Shown one piece after another: positions 28,606 to 40,473 of a DNA stretch of 64,000 nt. Each line of letters starts with the position of its first letter. Position 1 is the first letter of the stretch. A program made the translations under genes and the position numbers. This DNA comes from an uncultured Rhodospirillales bacterium (GTDB taxonomy: Bacteria; Pseudomonadota; Alphaproteobacteria; CACIAM-22H2), in assembly GCA_937926175.1 (NCBI GenBank), contig CALANV010000058.1:47544-111543 (forward strand), in the 5' to 3' direction. Below the pieces are notes generated by a model. It did not search any database and was not told the origin of the DNA. It saw only the letters and a program-made list of their open reading frames with translations.

Positions 28606-29955
28606 ATGTTCGAGAGCTTGACGACGAAACTGGGCGAGGTCTTCGACCGGCTGCGCAAGCGCGGCGCCCTGTCGGAGTCCGACGTCGATGCGGCGCTGCG
28701 CGAGGTACGCGTGGCCCTGCTCGAGGCCGACGTCGCGCTTCCCGTCGTCAAGGACTTCATCGCGGGCGTGCGTCTCAAGGCGATCGGCCAGGAGGTGATC
28801 AAGAGCGTCACGCCGGCGCAGATGGTCGTGAAGATCGTGCACGACCACCTGGTCGAGACGCTGGGCTCGACTGCGTCCGAGGTGAACCTGCGCGCGAACC
28901 CGCCGGTGCCGATCCTGATGGTCGGGCTGCAGGGTTCGGGCAAGACGACGACCACGGCCAAACTCGCGCTGCGCCTGACGAACCGCGAGAAGAAGAAGGT
29001 GCTGATGGCCTCGCTCGACACGCGGCGGCCTGCGGCGCAGGAGCAGCTGGCCGTGCTCGGCCAGCAGACGCGCGTCACGACGCTGCCGATCGTGCCCGGC
29101 CAGGGGCCCGTCGACATCGCCCGGCGCGCGATGGATACGGCGTCGCGCGAAGGCTATGACGTCGTGCTGCTCGATACCGCAGGCCGCCTCGCGATCGACG
29201 AGGAGCTGATGGCCGAGGCCGCCGCCGTCCGTGATGCGGTCAAGCCGGTCGAGACGCTGCTCGTCGCCGATGCCATGACCGGCCAGGATGCGGTCAACGT
29301 CGCGCGCGCCTTCAACGAGAAGATCGGCATCACCGGCATCGTGCTGACGCGCGTCGACGGCGATGCGCGCGGCGGTGCCGCGCTGTCGATGCGCGCCGTG
29401 ACCGGCCGGCCGATCAAGCTGATCGGCACCGGCGAGAAGCTGGATGCGCTCGACGTCTTTCATCCCGACCGCATCGCCGGCCGGATTCTGGGCATGGGCG
29501 ACATCGTCGGCTTGGTCGAACGCGCCGCCGAAACGGTCGAGCGCGAGGAGGCCGAGAAGCTCGCCAAGAAGGTTCAGAAGGGGCAGTTCGACCTCGACGA
29601 CATGGCGGCGCAGCTCCGGCAATTGCGCAAGATGGGCGGTCTTTCGGGCGTCATGGGCCTGCTGCCCGGCATCGCCAAGATGAAGAAGCAGCTTGCCGGG
29701 GTCGAAATCGACGACCGCATCGTCAAGCGTCAGGAGGCGATCATCAACTCGATGACCAAGGCCGAACGACGCGACGTGCGACTGCTGAACGCGAGCCGCA
29801 AGCGCCGCATCGCCGCGGGATCCGGCACCACGGTCGAGGACGTCAACCGTCTGGTGAAGCAGTATCTCGAGATGCAGCGGATGATGAAGCAGGTCTCGAA
29901 GCTTGGCCAGAAGGGGCTCATGCGTTCCGGCATGGGCGCCCTGTTCCGGCGATAG
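28606..29955 (+). CDS. ffh: signal recognition particle protein
   Basis: [20 protein letters not shown]..., [15 protein letters not shown], and a Met-rich M domain. Confidence 0.95.
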   Translation: MFESLTTKLGEVFDRLRKRGALSESDVDAALREVRVALLEADVALPVVKDFIAGVRLKAIGQEVIKSVTPAQMVVKIVHDHLVETLGSTASEVNLRANPPVPILMVGLQGSGKTTTTAKLALRLTNREKKKVLMASLDTRRPAAQEQLAVLGQQTRVTTLPIVPGQGPVDIARRAMDTASREGYDVVLLDTAGRLAIDEELMAEAAAVRDAVKPVETLLVADAMTGQDAVNVARAFNEKIGITGIVLTRVDGDARGGAALSMRAVTGRPIKLIGTGEKLDALDVFHPDRIAGRILGMGDIVGLVERAAETVEREEAEKLAKKVQKGQFDLDDMAAQLRQLRKMGGLSGVMGLLPGIAKMKKQLAGVEIDDRIVKRQEAIINSMTKAERRDVRLLNASRKRRIAAGSGTTVEDVNRLVKQYLEMQRMMKQVSKLGQKGLMRSGMGALFRR

Positions 29956-30044
29956 GTGCGACATGATCGGCCGCGTCGTCTGCTGGGATCGCCCCGACCG
30001 ACTTTCGTGAATCCATAACCGTTCGAGAAAACCAAGGAGACAAG

Positions 30045-30398
30045 ATGGCACTCAGGATCCGCATGGCACGGGCCGGCGCGAAGAAGCGGCCTTTCTATCA
30101 CATCGTCGTTGCCGACAGCCGCAGCCCGCGCGATGGGCGGTTCATCGAGCGGCTCGGCACCTACAATCCGATGCTGGACAAGGGGCATCCCGATCGCGTC
30201 ACGCTGAAGATCGACCGCATCAAGCACTGGCTGTCGGTCGGCGCGAAGCCATCCGATCGCGTGCACCGGTTCCTCGCCGATGCCGGCGTGCTGCCGAAGC
30301 CCGAGATCCGGGAGACGCCGAAGAAGAGCGCGCCCAAGGCCAAGGCCCAGGAGCGGATGAAGGCCGCTCAGCAGGCCGCCGAAGGCGCCTCGGCGTAA
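30045..30398 (+). CDS. rpsP: 30S ribosomal protein S16
   Basis: [35 protein letters not shown]. Confidence 0.95.
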   Translation: MALRIRMARAGAKKRPFYHIVVADSRSPRDGRFIERLGTYNPMLDKGHPDRVTLKIDRIKHWLSVGAKPSDRVHRFLADAGVLPKPEIRETPKKSAPKAKAQERMKAAQQAAEGASA

Positions 30399-30431
30399 GG
30401 TACCCTGGCCGGGACCACGCGCCGCATCCTG

Positions 30432-31001
30432 GTGGGGACCATCGCCGCCGCGCATGGCGTGCGCGGCGAGGTCCGCATCAAGAGCTTCACCGCCGACCCG
30501 ACCGCGATCGGCCGTTACGGCCCGGTCGAGGACGAGACCGGCGAGCGGCGGCTGACGCTCAAGGTGCGCGGCCAGGTGCGCGGACTCGTCATCGCGCGGA
30601 TCGACGGCGTCGTCGACCGCAACCAGGCGGAAGCGCTCAGGGGCCTCAGGCTCTACATTCCGCGCGACCGGCTGCCGAAGGCGAAGCGCGGCGAGTGGTA
30701 TGTCGCGGACCTGATCGGGCTCAAGGTGGTGACGTTGGACGGTGCCGCGTTCGGCACGGTGAAGGCGGTGCACAATTTCGGCGCCGGCGACGTGCTGGAG
30801 ATCGCGCGGAACGGCACGACCGAGTTTCTGCCGTTCACCAAGCGCGTGGTGCCGGAAGTCGATATCGAGGGCGGCAGGCTGATCGTCGACCCGCCCGTGG
30901 AGATCGAGGCGAGACCGGACGAAGAAGACGACGAGAGCGCCGAGACCGGGAAGGCTGGGCGAGAGAAGGTCGGGCGAGAGAGGTCGAGAGCGACGAGATG
31001 A
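30432..31001 (+). CDS. rimM: ribosome maturation factor RimM
   Basis: [19 protein letters not shown]...PRBC domain. GTG start. No other in-frame start between the rpsP stop and this codon. Confidence 0.85.
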   Translation: MGTIAAAHGVRGEVRIKSFTADPTAIGRYGPVEDETGERRLTLKVRGQVRGLVIARIDGVVDRNQAEALRGLRLYIPRDRLPKAKRGEWYVADLIGLKVVTLDGAAFGTVKAVHNFGAGDVLEIARNGTTEFLPFTKRVVPEVDIEGGRLIVDPPVEIEARPDEEDDESAETGKAGREKVGRERSRATR

Positions 31002-31140
31002 TCCACCGGGACACCATGTTCGCCGACGGGATGGCGCATGCGGGCGCTCGGCGCCGGCATCGTCCGCCGTGCGCGCCTGCCGGTTGCGGTGTTCCGGCGA
31101 CGTCGGGTGCCGGCCTGCGCCTCGTCATGGGGGGACGGTC

Positions 31141-31860
31141 ATGAGGCAGCCCTGGACGGCGACCGTGCTGTCGATTTTCCCCGACATGTTTCCGGGGCCG
31201 CTCGGTTATTCGCTGGCCGGCCGCGCGCTCGAGAACGGCGTGTGGAAGCTGATCGCCATCGACATCCGTGACTTCGCGACCGATCGGCATCGCAGCGTGG
31301 ACGACGCGCCGTTCGGCGGCGGACCCGGCATGGTGATGCGGCCCGACGTCGTCGATGATGCGCTGGCGGCGGCGTTCGAGCGCGCGCCCGCGGGCGCGCC
31401 GGCCATTTATCTGACGCCGCGCGGGCGATTGCTCAATCAGGCCCGCGTGCGCGAGCTGGCGGCAGGACCGGGCGTCACGCTGCTGTGCGGACGCTTCGAG
31501 GGCGTCGACCAGCGCGTGATCGAGGCGCGGAACCTTGAGGAGATCTCGCTCGGCGACTTCGTGCTCTCGGGCGGCGAGCCGGCTGCGCTGACGCTGATCG
31601 ACGCCTGCGTGCGGCTCCTGCCGGGCGTCGTCGGCGAGGCGGGCTCGCTCGAGGAGGAAAGCTTCGAGCGGGACCTGCTCGAATATCCGCACTACACGCG
31701 CCCCCAGGTGTGGCAGGGGCGCCCGGTGCCCGAGGTCCTCGTTTCCGGTCACCACGAAAAGATCCGCGCTTGGCGTCTGGCCGAGGCCGAGCGCATCACG
31801 CGCGAACGGCGGCCCGATCTTTGGGCCCGCTATCAGGCCCGGACGCACATGCCGCATTGA
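31141..31860 (+). CDS. trmD: tRNA (guanine37-N1)-methyltransferase
   Basis: [30 protein letters not shown]...TPRGRLL...[10 protein letters not shown]. Confidence 0.9.
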   Translation: MRQPWTATVLSIFPDMFPGPLGYSLAGRALENGVWKLIAIDIRDFATDRHRSVDDAPFGGGPGMVMRPDVVDDALAAAFERAPAGAPAIYLTPRGRLLNQARVRELAAGPGVTLLCGRFEGVDQRVIEARNLEEISLGDFVLSGGEPAALTLIDACVRLLPGVVGEAGSLEEESFERDLLEYPHYTRPQVWQGRPVPEVLVSGHHEKIRAWRLAEAERITRERRPDLWARYQARTHMPH

Positions 31861-31910
31861 GTGCGCACCGCCCCCGAAACCGCTAAAATGAAATTCAAGG
31901 AGAGATCACC

Positions 31911-32330
31911 ATGAACATAATCGAGCAGATCGAAAAGGAGCAGATCGCGAAGCTCACGGCCGAGCGGGCGGTGCCCGAGTTCGGGCCGGGCGACACGCTG
32001 CGCGTCAACATCAAGGTCATCGAGGGCAACCGCGAACGCATCCAGGCCTTCGAAGGCGTGTGCATCGCGCGTCGCAATGCCGGCATCAACTCGTCGTTCC
32101 GGGTCCGCAAGATCTCGTTCGGCGAGGGCGTCGAGCGCGTGTTTCCGCTCTACAGCCCGCGCATCGCCTCGATCGAGGTCGTGCGCCGCGGCGACGTGCG
32201 GCGGGCGAAGCTCTATTACCTGCGTGGCCGTACCGGCAGGAAGGCCCGCATCACCGAGAAGACGGGCACCGCGACGGCCGCCGAGCTGACCGGCGCCGAG
32301 ACGACGCCGGAAAGCCAGGCGCAGGAGTAA
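31911..32330 (+). CDS. rplS: 50S ribosomal protein L19
   Basis: [15 protein letters not shown]...[21 protein letters not shown]. Confidence 0.95.
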   Translation: MNIIEQIEKEQIAKLTAERAVPEFGPGDTLRVNIKVIEGNRERIQAFEGVCIARRNAGINSSFRVRKISFGEGVERVFPLYSPRIASIEVVRRGDVRRAKLYYLRGRTGRKARITEKTGTATAAELTGAETTPESQAQE

Positions 32331-32424
32331 GCAACCCACGGCAGCCGCCATCCGCGGGCGGGCGAAGCGGCCCGCCCGGGACGGTCCGGTCGCCGCGACA
32401 AGTCGAGGGGGAAAGGACGAAGCG

Positions 32425-33834
32425 ATGGTGAAGCCGCGCACGCTGTTCGACAAGATCTGGGAGAGCCATGTCGTCCACAGGCAGGACGACGGCACCTGCC
32501 TGCTCTATATCGACCGGCATCTCGTGCACGAGGTCACCAGCCCCCAGGCCTTCGAAGGGCTGCGCATGGCAGGCCGCAAGGTGCGTCGTCCCGACGCCAC
32601 CCTCGCCGTCGCCGACCACAACGTGCCGACCACGGACCGCAGCAAGGGCATCGCGGACCCCGAGAGCCGGGTTCAGGTCGAGACGCTCGAGGCGAACTGC
32701 AAGGAGTTCGGCGTGCCGTATTTCGGCATGGACGACATCCGGCAGGGCATCGTCCACATCATCGGGCCGGAGCAGGGGCTGACGCTTCCCGGCATGACGA
32801 TCGTGTGCGGCGACAGCCACACGGCAACGCACGGAGCGTTCGGCGCGCTTGCCTTCGGCATCGGCACCTCGGAGGTCGAGCACGTGCTCGCGACGCAGAC
32901 GCTGATCCAGCGGCCGGCGAAGAACATGCGCATCACGGTCGATGGCGTGCTGCCGTTCGGCGTGACCGCCAAGGACGTGATCCTCGCCATCATCGGCAAG
33001 ATCGGTACGGCTGGCGGCACCGGCCACGTGATCGAGTTTGCCGGCAGCGCCATCCGCGGTCTCACCATGGAAGGCCGCATGACCGTGTGCAACATGGCGA
33101 TCGAGGCCGGGGCCCGCGCCGGTCTGATCGCACCGGACGAGACGACGTTCGAGTACCTCAAGGGACGGCCGTATGCGCCGAAGGGTGCAGCGTGGGAAGC
33201 CGCCGTCGCGTACTGGAAGACGCTGCCGTCGGACGAAGGGGCGACCTATGACCGCGAGGTGAAGCTCGATGCCGCCGAGATCGAGCCGCAGGTCACCTGG
33301 GGCACGTCGCCGCAGGACGTGCTGCCGATCACCGCACAGGTGCCCGACCCGGCCGACGAGTCCGACCCGAACCGGCGCGCGGCGATGGAGCGCGCGCTCA
33401 GCTACATGGGGCTGAAGCCGGGCACGAAGCTCAGCGACATCACCATCGACCGCGTCTTCATCGGCTCGTGCACCAATGCGCGCATCGAGGATCTGCGCGC
33501 CGCAGCCGCCATCGCCAAGGGGCGCAAGGTCGCCCCCAACGTGCGCGCGATGGTCGTGCCGGGTTCAGGCCTGGTGAAGCATCAGGCGGAATCGGAAGGG
33601 CTCGACCGCATCTTCCGCGAGGCCGGATTCGAGTGGCGCGAGCCGGGCTGCTCGATGTGCCTGGCGATGAACGCCGATCGTCTCGAACCCGGCGAGCGCT
33701 GCGCCTCGACCTCCAACCGCAACTTCGAGGGACGGCAGGGTCGCGGCGGGCGCACGCACCTGGTGAGCCCGGCCATGGCGGCGGCGGCGGCCGTCACGGG
33801 CCGGCTCACCGATGTGCGCGAGCTGATGCGCTGA
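32425..33834 (+). CDS. leuC: 3-isopropylmalate dehydratase large subunit
   Basis: Aconitase-family domains with Cys ligands. [17 protein letters not shown]... Confidence 0.95.
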   Translation: MVKPRTLFDKIWESHVVHRQDDGTCLLYIDRHLVHEVTSPQAFEGLRMAGRKVRRPDATLAVADHNVPTTDRSKGIADPESRVQVETLEANCKEFGVPYFGMDDIRQGIVHIIGPEQGLTLPGMTIVCGDSHTATHGAFGALAFGIGTSEVEHVLATQTLIQRPAKNMRITVDGVLPFGVTAKDVILAIIGKIGTAGGTGHVIEFAGSAIRGLTMEGRMTVCNMAIEAGARAGLIAPDETTFEYLKGRPYAPKGAAWEAAVAYWKTLPSDEGATYDREVKLDAAEIEPQVTWGTSPQDVLPITAQVPDPADESDPNRRAAMERALSYMGLKPGTKLSDITIDRVFIGSCTNARIEDLRAAAAIAKGRKVAPNVRAMVVPGSGLVKHQAESEGLDRIFREAGFEWREPGCSMCLAMNADRLEPGERCASTSNRNFEGRQGRGGRTHLVSPAMAAAAAVTGRLTDVRELMR

Positions 33835-34127
33835 GGACCGGTCGCCCGGGCATGGCGGCGCTGGCCTCATCGGCGGGTTGCGAAGACGCGCCATTCGGGC
33901 CGCGCGTCGCGGATCGGGACGGGGGCCACCTGTCGCCGTTGCGCGCCGTCTTCCGGCCGCCGCGGAAGCAGCTCGAGCTATCTCCAGGCGTGACCGCCCG
34001 TCTCATCGCCGCCTTCATCCCGCGCCACCAGGCGTTGCACGACACGCCGGCCGGCACCTACGTCGTCCGCATCTCTTCGGTCGCGGATACGGCGCGCGTC
34101 CGGCCTTGCCCCTGTTAGGAGGAGACA

Positions 34128-34739
34128 ATGGAAAAGTTCACCACGCTGACGGGCGTCGCGGCGCCGCTGCCGATGATCAATGTCGACACCGACATGATCA
34201 TTCCCAAGCAGTATCTCAAGACGATCAAGCGGACGGGGCTCGGCAAGGCGCTGTTCGACGAACTGCGCTACACGCCCGACGGCAAGGAGAACCCGGATTT
34301 CGTGCTGAACAAGCCAGCGTACCGCAACGCCAAGATCCTGATCGCCGGCGAGAATTTCGGTTGCGGCTCGAGCCGCGAGCACGCGCCGTGGGCGCTGCTC
34401 GACTTCGGCATCCGCTGCATCCTCGCGCCGTCCTTCGCCGACATCTTCTACAACAACTGCTTCAAGAACGGCATTCTGCCGATCAAGCTGCCGCAGGAGA
34501 CGATCGACAGGCTCATGGAGGACGCGAAGAACGGCGCCAATGCGACGTTCACGATCGACCTCGCCAACCAGGAGATCACCCGGCCCGACGGCGGGAAGGT
34601 GCGTTTCGACATCGACCCGTTCCGCAAGCACTGCCTGCTGAACGGGCTGGACGACATCGGCCTCACGCTCGAGAAGCGCGACGTCATCGACGCCTTCGAG
34701 GCGAAGCAGAAGGCAAGCCAGCCTTGGCTCTACGCCTGA
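34128..34739 (+). CDS. leuD: 3-isopropylmalate dehydratase small subunit
   Basis: [31 protein letters not shown]... SD GGAGGAG. Confidence 0.95.
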   Translation: MEKFTTLTGVAAPLPMINVDTDMIIPKQYLKTIKRTGLGKALFDELRYTPDGKENPDFVLNKPAYRNAKILIAGENFGCGSSREHAPWALLDFGIRCILAPSFADIFYNNCFKNGILPIKLPQETIDRLMEDAKNGANATFTIDLANQEITRPDGGKVRFDIDPFRKHCLLNGLDDIGLTLEKRDVIDAFEAKQKASQPWLYA

Positions 34740-34848
34740 TCCGGAACTTTTAGGCGTGTGACGCGCGGCACTCCCCCGCCAGGGGAGGCTCGAGGAGATG
34801 CCGCCGGTTACGCGATCACGACAGGAACGATCGACAAGGGAGAACAAC

Positions 34849-35958
34849 GTGCCCGCGAACAAGAAAGTCCTCGTGCTGCCCGGTGACGGTATCGGGCCCG
34901 AGACCATGCGCCAGGTGCTGCGCGTCATGGAGTGGATGGACAAGCACAGGGCCATCCGGTTCGATATCCAGGAGGGTCTCGTCGGCGCCGCGGCGCTCGA
35001 GAAGAAGGGCGTGCCGATCACGGACGAGACGATGGCCGATGCGCTCGCCGCCGATGCCGTGCTGTTCGGTGCGGTCGGCGACCCGAAATGGGACAACGTC
35101 GCGTTCGACAAGAAGCCCGAGCGCGCCATCCTCCGCCTGCGCAAGGAGATGGGCCTGTTCGCGAATCTGCGGCCGGCCGTCGTCTTCGACGAGCTTGCCG
35201 ACGCCTCGACGCTGAAGCGCGAGGTCGTGGCCGGCCTCGACATCCTGATCCTGCGCGAGCTCACGGGCGGCGTGTATTTCGGCGAGCCGCGCGGGATCGA
35301 GACCCTGCCCGACGGCACCAAGCGCGGCGTCGACACGCAGGTCTACACCACGCCCGAGATCGAGCGCATCGCGCGCGTCGCCTTCGAGCTGGCGCGCAAG
35401 CGCAAGCGCCGGATCTGCTCGGTCGAGAAGGCGAACGTCATGCACACGGGCGTGCTGTGGCGTGAGACGGTGACGAAGGTTCACGCCGACTACAAGGACG
35501 TCGAGCTTTCCCACATGTACGCGGACAACTGCGCCATGCAGCTCGTGCGCAATCCGCGCCAGTTCGACGTGATCGTCACCGACAACCTGTTCGGCGACCT
35601 CCTGTCCGATCTCGCCTCGATGCTGACGGGCTCGCTGGGCATGCTGCCCTCGGCTTCGCTCGGTGAGCCGGATGCGACCGGGCGGCGCAAGGCGCTCTAC
35701 GAGCCGATCCATGGCTCGGCACCCGACATCGCCGGCAAGGACATCGCCAATCCGCTGGCGATGCTGCTCTCGTTCGCGATGATGCTGCGCTACTCGTTCG
35801 ACCTCGCCGAGGAGGCGGATCTCGTCGAGCGCGCGGCGAAGAACGTGCTGGCGCGCGGCATCCGCACGGCCGACATCATGCAGCCCGGCATGACGAAGGT
35901 GTCGACGACGCAGATGGGCGACGAGATCCTCAAGGAACTCGGACGGCTTACGGGCTGA
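34849..35958 (+). CDS. leuB: 3-isopropylmalate dehydrogenase
   Basis: [14 protein letters not shown]...[29 protein letters not shown] start with SD AAGGGAGAA. Confidence 0.9.
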   Translation: MPANKKVLVLPGDGIGPETMRQVLRVMEWMDKHRAIRFDIQEGLVGAAALEKKGVPITDETMADALAADAVLFGAVGDPKWDNVAFDKKPERAILRLRKEMGLFANLRPAVVFDELADASTLKREVVAGLDILILRELTGGVYFGEPRGIETLPDGTKRGVDTQVYTTPEIERIARVAFELARKRKRRICSVEKANVMHTGVLWRETVTKVHADYKDVELSHMYADNCAMQLVRNPRQFDVIVTDNLFGDLLSDLASMLTGSLGMLPSASLGEPDATGRRKALYEPIHGSAPDIAGKDIANPLAMLLSFAMMLRYSFDLAEEADLVERAAKNVLARGIRTADIMQPGMTKVSTTQMGDEILKELGRLTG

Positions 35959-35963
35959 TACGG

Positions 35964-35996
35964 AAAACGGGCGGCCCGGCCGGGCCGCCCGTCAAA
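35964..35996. terminator. GC-rich hairpin between convergent leuB and methyltransferase genes
   Basis: aaaacGGGCGGCCCGGCCGGGCCGCCCgtcaaa. Confidence 0.5.
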
Positions 35997-36037
35997 TCGC
36001 CCCTCGACTGTGGCCGGCGCGTCCGGCCTCTTCCCCT

Positions 36038-36649
36038 TTAGGCCGCCTGTTGCGCCGGCCCGACCCGCTCGTAGCTCCATACCCAGGCCGGCGGAACGTT
36101 GAGGACCGCGAGACCCTTGCGGGTGCCCTTGAGCCCCAGCTTCGCTTCCGGCAGCGGCGAGAACAGCGAGTAGGTGTATTGCAGCAGCCGCCCCCCGGGG
36201 GCGAGCACGCTGAAATAGGAGTTGACGAGCCGCTGCTGGACCTCGATCGGCAGGGTGATCATCGGAATGCCCGAGATCACCGTCGAAACCTTGCCGTGCC
36301 ACTTCGACGGAATGAGCTCCGGCAGGCGACCGGCATCGCCGTGAATGACCTGCACCTGCGGCAACTGCTTGCGCAGGAAAGCGCATAGATCGGCATCGAT
36401 CTCGACGACGAACAAGCGTTCGGGCGAGATGCCGGCCGCGAGCAGGGCCTTGGTGATCGATCCCGTGCCGGCGCCAAGCTCCACGACCGCCTGATCCGGC
36501 TGGTTCGGCACCTGCTTGGCCACGAGCCGTGCCAGGGCAGGTGACGACGGCAGGACGGCACCGACCTTGAGCGGGTGCGCAAGCCAGCGCCGAAGGAACA
36601 GAAGACCTTCTTCGGCGGCGGAGGACTGCGTTGCGGTTGAGGATTTCAT
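36038..36649 (-). CDS. class I SAM-dependent methyltransferase (Rhodobacter-type phospholipid N-methyltransferase-like)
   Basis: VELGAGTGSITKALL (motif I) and VISGIP. 203 aa. Confidence 0.65.
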   Translation of the reverse strand: MKSSTATQSSAAEEGLLFLRRWLAHPLKVGAVLPSSPALARLVAKQVPNQPDQAVVELGAGTGSITKALLAAGISPERLFVVEIDADLCAFLRKQLPQVQVIHGDAGRLPELIPSKWHGKVSTVISGIPMITLPIEVQQRLVNSYFSVLAPGGRLLQYTYSLFSPLPEAKLGLKGTRKGLAVLNVPPAWVWSYERVGPAQQAA

Positions 36650-36814
36650 GATCGTTGTGGGCTAGTTGTCGGGGCGGGGACAATATATGGGGATTTCCGA
36701 CTTTATAATATAGGGCGAATTTCGAATACGGCCGCTTGCAAAGCGGAGCGGGCAGGCGTAATTCATGCCGGATGTGCCCTTCGCGGGTGCGAAATTCGGT
36801 TTAGGGGCTGGATC

Positions 36815-37840
36815 ATGGGCTACAGGGTTGCGGTCATCGGTGCCACGGGCAATGTCGGTCGCGAGATGCTGACGACGCTGGCCGAGCGCAAATTCCCCGT
36901 CGATGACATCGTCGCACTTGCCTCCGAGCGTTCGGTCGGTCACAAGGTGTCGTTCGGCGACCACGAGCTGAAAGTCCAGGACCTCGCCAAGTTCGACTTC
37001 AAGGGCTTCGACATCGCGCTGTCATCCCCGGGTGCCAAGGTGTCGTCGGTCCATAGCCCGCGTGCGGCGAAGGCGGGCTGCGTGGTCATCGACAACACGT
37101 CGTATTTCCGCATGGAACCCGACGTGCCGCTGGTCGTGCCCGAGGTCAATCCGCACGCGATCGCGGGCTATACCAAGCGCAACATCATCGCCAACCCGAA
37201 CTGCTCGACGATCCAGATGGTCGTCGCGCTGAAGCCGCTGCACGATCTCGCGAAGATCAAGCGCGTCGTCGTCGCGACGTATCAGTCCGTCTCCGGCGCC
37301 GGCAAGGAGGCCATGGACGAGCTGTTCAACCAGACGCGCGCGATCTACGTGAATCAGCCGGTCGAGCGGATGAAGTTCACCAAGCAGATCGCCTTCAACG
37401 TCATCCCGCACATCGACGTCTTCATGGACGACGGCTTCACCAAGGAAGAATGGAAGATGCGGGTCGAGACGCGGAAGATCCTCGATCCCGACATCAACGT
37501 CGTCGCCCATTGCGTCCGCGTGCCGGTGTTCGTCGGTCATGCCGAGGCGGTGTTCGTCGAATTCGAGAAGCCGATCACCGAGGCTGAGGCGCGCCGCGTC
37601 CTGCGCCAGGCGCCCGGCATCGGCCTGGTCGATCACCGCGCCGACGAAGGCTACGTCACGCCGGTGGAGGCAGCGGGCGAGGACAAGGTCTATGTCAGCC
37701 GTCTGCGCGCCGATCCCACCGTCGAGAACGGGCTCGTGTTCTGGTGCGTCGCCGACAACCTGCGCAAGGGGGCGGCGCTCAACGCGGTGCAGATCGCCGA
37801 GGTTCTGGTCGACCGGTACATGCGCAAGAAGGCGGCTTGA
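36815..37840 (+). CDS. asd: aspartate-semialdehyde dehydrogenase
   Basis: MGYRVAVIGATGNVGREML... catalytic region NPNCSTIQMVVAL. Candidate promoter TTGCAA-17-TAATTC upstream. Confidence 0.95.
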   Translation: MGYRVAVIGATGNVGREMLTTLAERKFPVDDIVALASERSVGHKVSFGDHELKVQDLAKFDFKGFDIALSSPGAKVSSVHSPRAAKAGCVVIDNTSYFRMEPDVPLVVPEVNPHAIAGYTKRNIIANPNCSTIQMVVALKPLHDLAKIKRVVVATYQSVSGAGKEAMDELFNQTRAIYVNQPVERMKFTKQIAFNVIPHIDVFMDDGFTKEEWKMRVETRKILDPDINVVAHCVRVPVFVGHAEAVFVEFEKPITEAEARRVLRQAPGIGLVDHRADEGYVTPVEAAGEDKVYVSRLRADPTVENGLVFWCVADNLRKGAALNAVQIAEVLVDRYMRKKAA

Positions 37841-37899
37841 CGCGCCGCCGGCCGGCGAACATCCGGTCCGTGTAACGGCGGGCGCGGTGCTGCTCGCCG

Positions 37900-38529
37900 T
37901 CAGATCCGCCAGATCCGCAAAGCCTCGATCGAGACGACGGCGGCGGCGGCGAGCAGGAGCACGCCGGTGATGCGGTTCGCCCACATCAGGCCGGTCTCCG
38001 TGAAACGGCCATGGAACAGGCCGACCAGGCTGGTCAGGATCAGCCACCATCCCATCGACCCGGAAAAGACGCCGAGCAGCACCACCCAGTCGCTGAGCCC
38101 GACCTGATCGTCGGCGTCGAGCCCGAACGCGGCGAACACGCCGACGAACGAGATGATCGTGATCGGGTTGCTGAGGGTGAGGAACAGAGTCGAGGTAAAG
38201 TCGCCGATCAGACTGCTAGGGTCGCGCCCGGAGACGAGCTTGGGCGGAGGCTTGACCAGCGCCCGAACGCCGAGCACGACCAGCAGCACGATGCCACCGA
38301 TCGTCAGCCACAACCGCTCCGCCTCGAGGAACGCGGTGGCGAAGGCGAGACCGAACACGGCGATCGCGCCCAAGAGCGTGTCGGCCGTGGCTGCACCGAA
38401 GCCGGAGACGAGGCCGGCGAGGCGTCCATGCACGATCGTCCGCCGCACGCAGATGATGTTGATCGGACCGACGGGCGCCGCGATCACGAAACCGACGGCA
38501 AGTCCTTTGAGGAACAGCCAGAAAAGCAT
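37900..38529 (-). CDS. LysE/RhtB family amino-acid exporter
   Basis: MLFWLFLKGLAVGFVIAAPVGPINIICV... 6 TM helices. Confidence 0.85.
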   Translation of the reverse strand: MLFWLFLKGLAVGFVIAAPVGPINIICVRRTIVHGRLAGLVSGFGAATADTLLGAIAVFGLAFATAFLEAERLWLTIGGIVLLVVLGVRALVKPPPKLVSGRDPSSLIGDFTSTLFLTLSNPITIISFVGVFAAFGLDADDQVGLSDWVVLLGVFSGSMGWWLILTSLVGLFHGRFTETGLMWANRITGVLLLAAAAVVSIEALRIWRI

Positions 38530-38632
38530 GCGGCGCGCGTGCGGATCTCGCGTTGGATGGAGTGCGTGCTGTCTTAGCCCGCACGATCGGCGAATACAAA
38601 CGTTCCCGGTGCCCGGTCCTAGCCGACCGGTA

Positions 38633-39493
38633 CTAGCCGACCGGTATCGGTTTGAACCAGGAACCGGGACGGACCAGCTGGTCCTGCGCCTCGATCAAGC
38701 ACAGCTCGTCCGAGCCGGCCGCGGCGCTGGCTGCGATGATGGCGTGGACGGCCGAGGTTGCAGCGGCGAGCGCGGTCGCGACATCGTCGCGCGCGGTCAG
38801 CAGCCGGGCGGTGAGCAGTGCCGCGAACACGTCGCCCGCACCGTAAGACGGATGCACGATGCGCGGGACCGTGACCCGCCAGGCGGCGGTCGCCGTGACG
38901 GCGAGGGTGGTGAGCGTGTCCGGTCCGAACTCGGCGAGGTCCAGACCTGTCACGACCACGAGCCGCGCGGGCGCGGATCCCGCCGTCCGCAGGCGTTGCG
39001 CCGCCGCCAGCGCCGCGGCGAGCCCGGTCAAACGCATCCCGGTCAGGAATTCGAGCTCGAACGCGTTGGGTGTCAGCACGTCCGCGTGCGGTGCAGCGAC
39101 GTTGCGGATGAACTCGGGAATGCCGGGGTTCACGAACACCCGGCCGCGGTCGCCGATGACGGGGTCGAGAACCCAGAACGCACGCGGATTGACCTCGCGT
39201 ACCCGGGCCGCCGTCTTGACGGCGACGGGGCCCTGATCGGCGGCACCCAGGTAGCCCGTGAGCACGGCATCGGTGCGGCCGAGCCAGCCCCGCTCGGCGA
39301 GCCCCTCGATCAGGTCCGCCATGTCGGCAGCCGGCGTCACGCGTCCGCGCAGGCCGCCATGCCCCGGATGGTTCGAGAAGCGGACGGTATCGACGGGCCA
39401 CACCTCATGGCCGAGGCGCTGCAACGTGAACACGGCGGCCGAATTGCCGACGTGGCCGTAAACCACGCCCGATTGGATCGAGAGAACGTTCAT
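38633..39493 (-). CDS. pdxY: pyridoxal/pyridoxamine kinase
   Basis: MNVLSIQSGVVYGHVGNSAAVFTLQRLGHEVW...DPVIGD...VTGLDL. Confidence 0.85.
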   Translation of the reverse strand: MNVLSIQSGVVYGHVGNSAAVFTLQRLGHEVWPVDTVRFSNHPGHGGLRGRVTPAADMADLIEGLAERGWLGRTDAVLTGYLGAADQGPVAVKTAARVREVNPRAFWVLDPVIGDRGRVFVNPGIPEFIRNVAAPHADVLTPNAFELEFLTGMRLTGLAAALAAAQRLRTAGSAPARLVVVTGLDLAEFGPDTLTTLAVTATAAWRVTVPRIVHPSYGAGDVFAALLTARLLTARDDVATALAAATSAVHAIIAASAAAGSDELCLIEAQDQLVRPGSWFKPIPVG

Positions 39494-39596
39494 CCGGATG
39501 TTCCTGCGGGCGGAGAGGCTGTGCTTGCGAAGTTCACATCACTTTCCTAGATCAAGGCGCACGCAAAAGCTACGTCAGTTACGGCCACGACCGGAT

Positions 39597-40451
39597 ATGG
39601 AAGACATGATGATGACCGCCCGCCAACCGGTATCCGGCGGCTGGCGGGCGCGACTGCGTGCCTGGGTCGAGTCGGATCGGTTTCAGCGCGCGATCACGCT
39701 GCTGATCGTCATCAACGCCGTCACCCTCGGGCTCGAGACCGTCGACAGCGTCGTCGCCGCATGGGGCGATGCCATCGCGGCCGCCGATCTCGCGATTCTA
39801 GCCATCTTCGTCGTCGAACTGGCGACGCGGGTCGCCGCGCATGGGCCGCGGTTCTTCCTGAACGGCTGGAATCTGTTCGATGCGGCCGTGGTCGGCGTGG
39901 CGCTCCTGCCGTCGAGCGACGGACTGTCGATCCTGCGGGCGCTGCGCGTGCTGCGGGCGTTTCGCCTGATCTCGGTCGTGCCGGCGATGCGGTCGATCAT
40001 CGAGGCCCTGCTCAAGTCGATCCCGGGGCTGTCGTCGATCATCCTGCTGATGTTGCTCCTTTTCTACGTGTTCGCCGTGATGGCGACCCGGCTCTATGGC
40101 GAAACCACCCCGGATCACTTCGGCAGTATCGGCGCCTCGATGTATGCCCTGTTCCAGATCATGACGCTCGAGGGCTGGACCGAAATCGTCGACGCGGTGC
40201 GCGCGCATCATGACTGGGCGCTGATGTTCTTCATTCCGTTCATGATGCTGTCGACCTTCACCGTACTCAATCTGTTCATTGCGCTGATCGTCGATTCCAT
40301 GCAGAAGCTGCACAAGGTCGAGGTGGTGGATGCCGAGGTCCGCACCGCCGAGATCTCGGCGGAAACCGCCATGGCACGGGAATTGAAGGCGCTCGCCGCC
40401 GAAATTCGGGATCTGCGTGCGACCGTCGAACGGTTGCGCCGGGCCTCATGA
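39597..40451 (+). CDS. voltage-gated ion channel, bacterial NaV-like (single 6-TM domain)
   Basis: S4 segment with Arg every third residue (RALRVLRAFRLISVV). Pore FQIMTLEGWTEIV. C-terminal coiled coil. Several possible ATG starts between 39597 and 39612. Confidence 0.8.
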   Translation: MEDMMMTARQPVSGGWRARLRAWVESDRFQRAITLLIVINAVTLGLETVDSVVAAWGDAIAAADLAILAIFVVELATRVAAHGPRFFLNGWNLFDAAVVGVALLPSSDGLSILRALRVLRAFRLISVVPAMRSIIEALLKSIPGLSSIILLMLLLFYVFAVMATRLYGETTPDHFGSIGASMYALFQIMTLEGWTEIVDAVRAHHDWALMFFIPFMMLSTFTVLNLFIALIVDSMQKLHKVEVVDAEVRTAEISAETAMARELKALAAEIRDLRATVERLRRAS

Positions 40452-40473
40452 TCACCTGATCGGGGAGAGGGGA

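Noticed and set aside
27840-29117. Upstream 420 codons of ORF 27003..29117 (minus strand) beyond the dapF start
   Set aside because: Only the last 278 codons match DapF. The remainder is low-complexity translation of the dapF-ffh intergenic region and overlaps ffh on the opposite strand.
33835-34127. 46-codon ATG ORF in the 290-nt leuC-leuD spacer
   Set aside because: It has no SD and no recognisable composition. It is more likely a non-coding spacer; related genomes often separate leuC and leuD.
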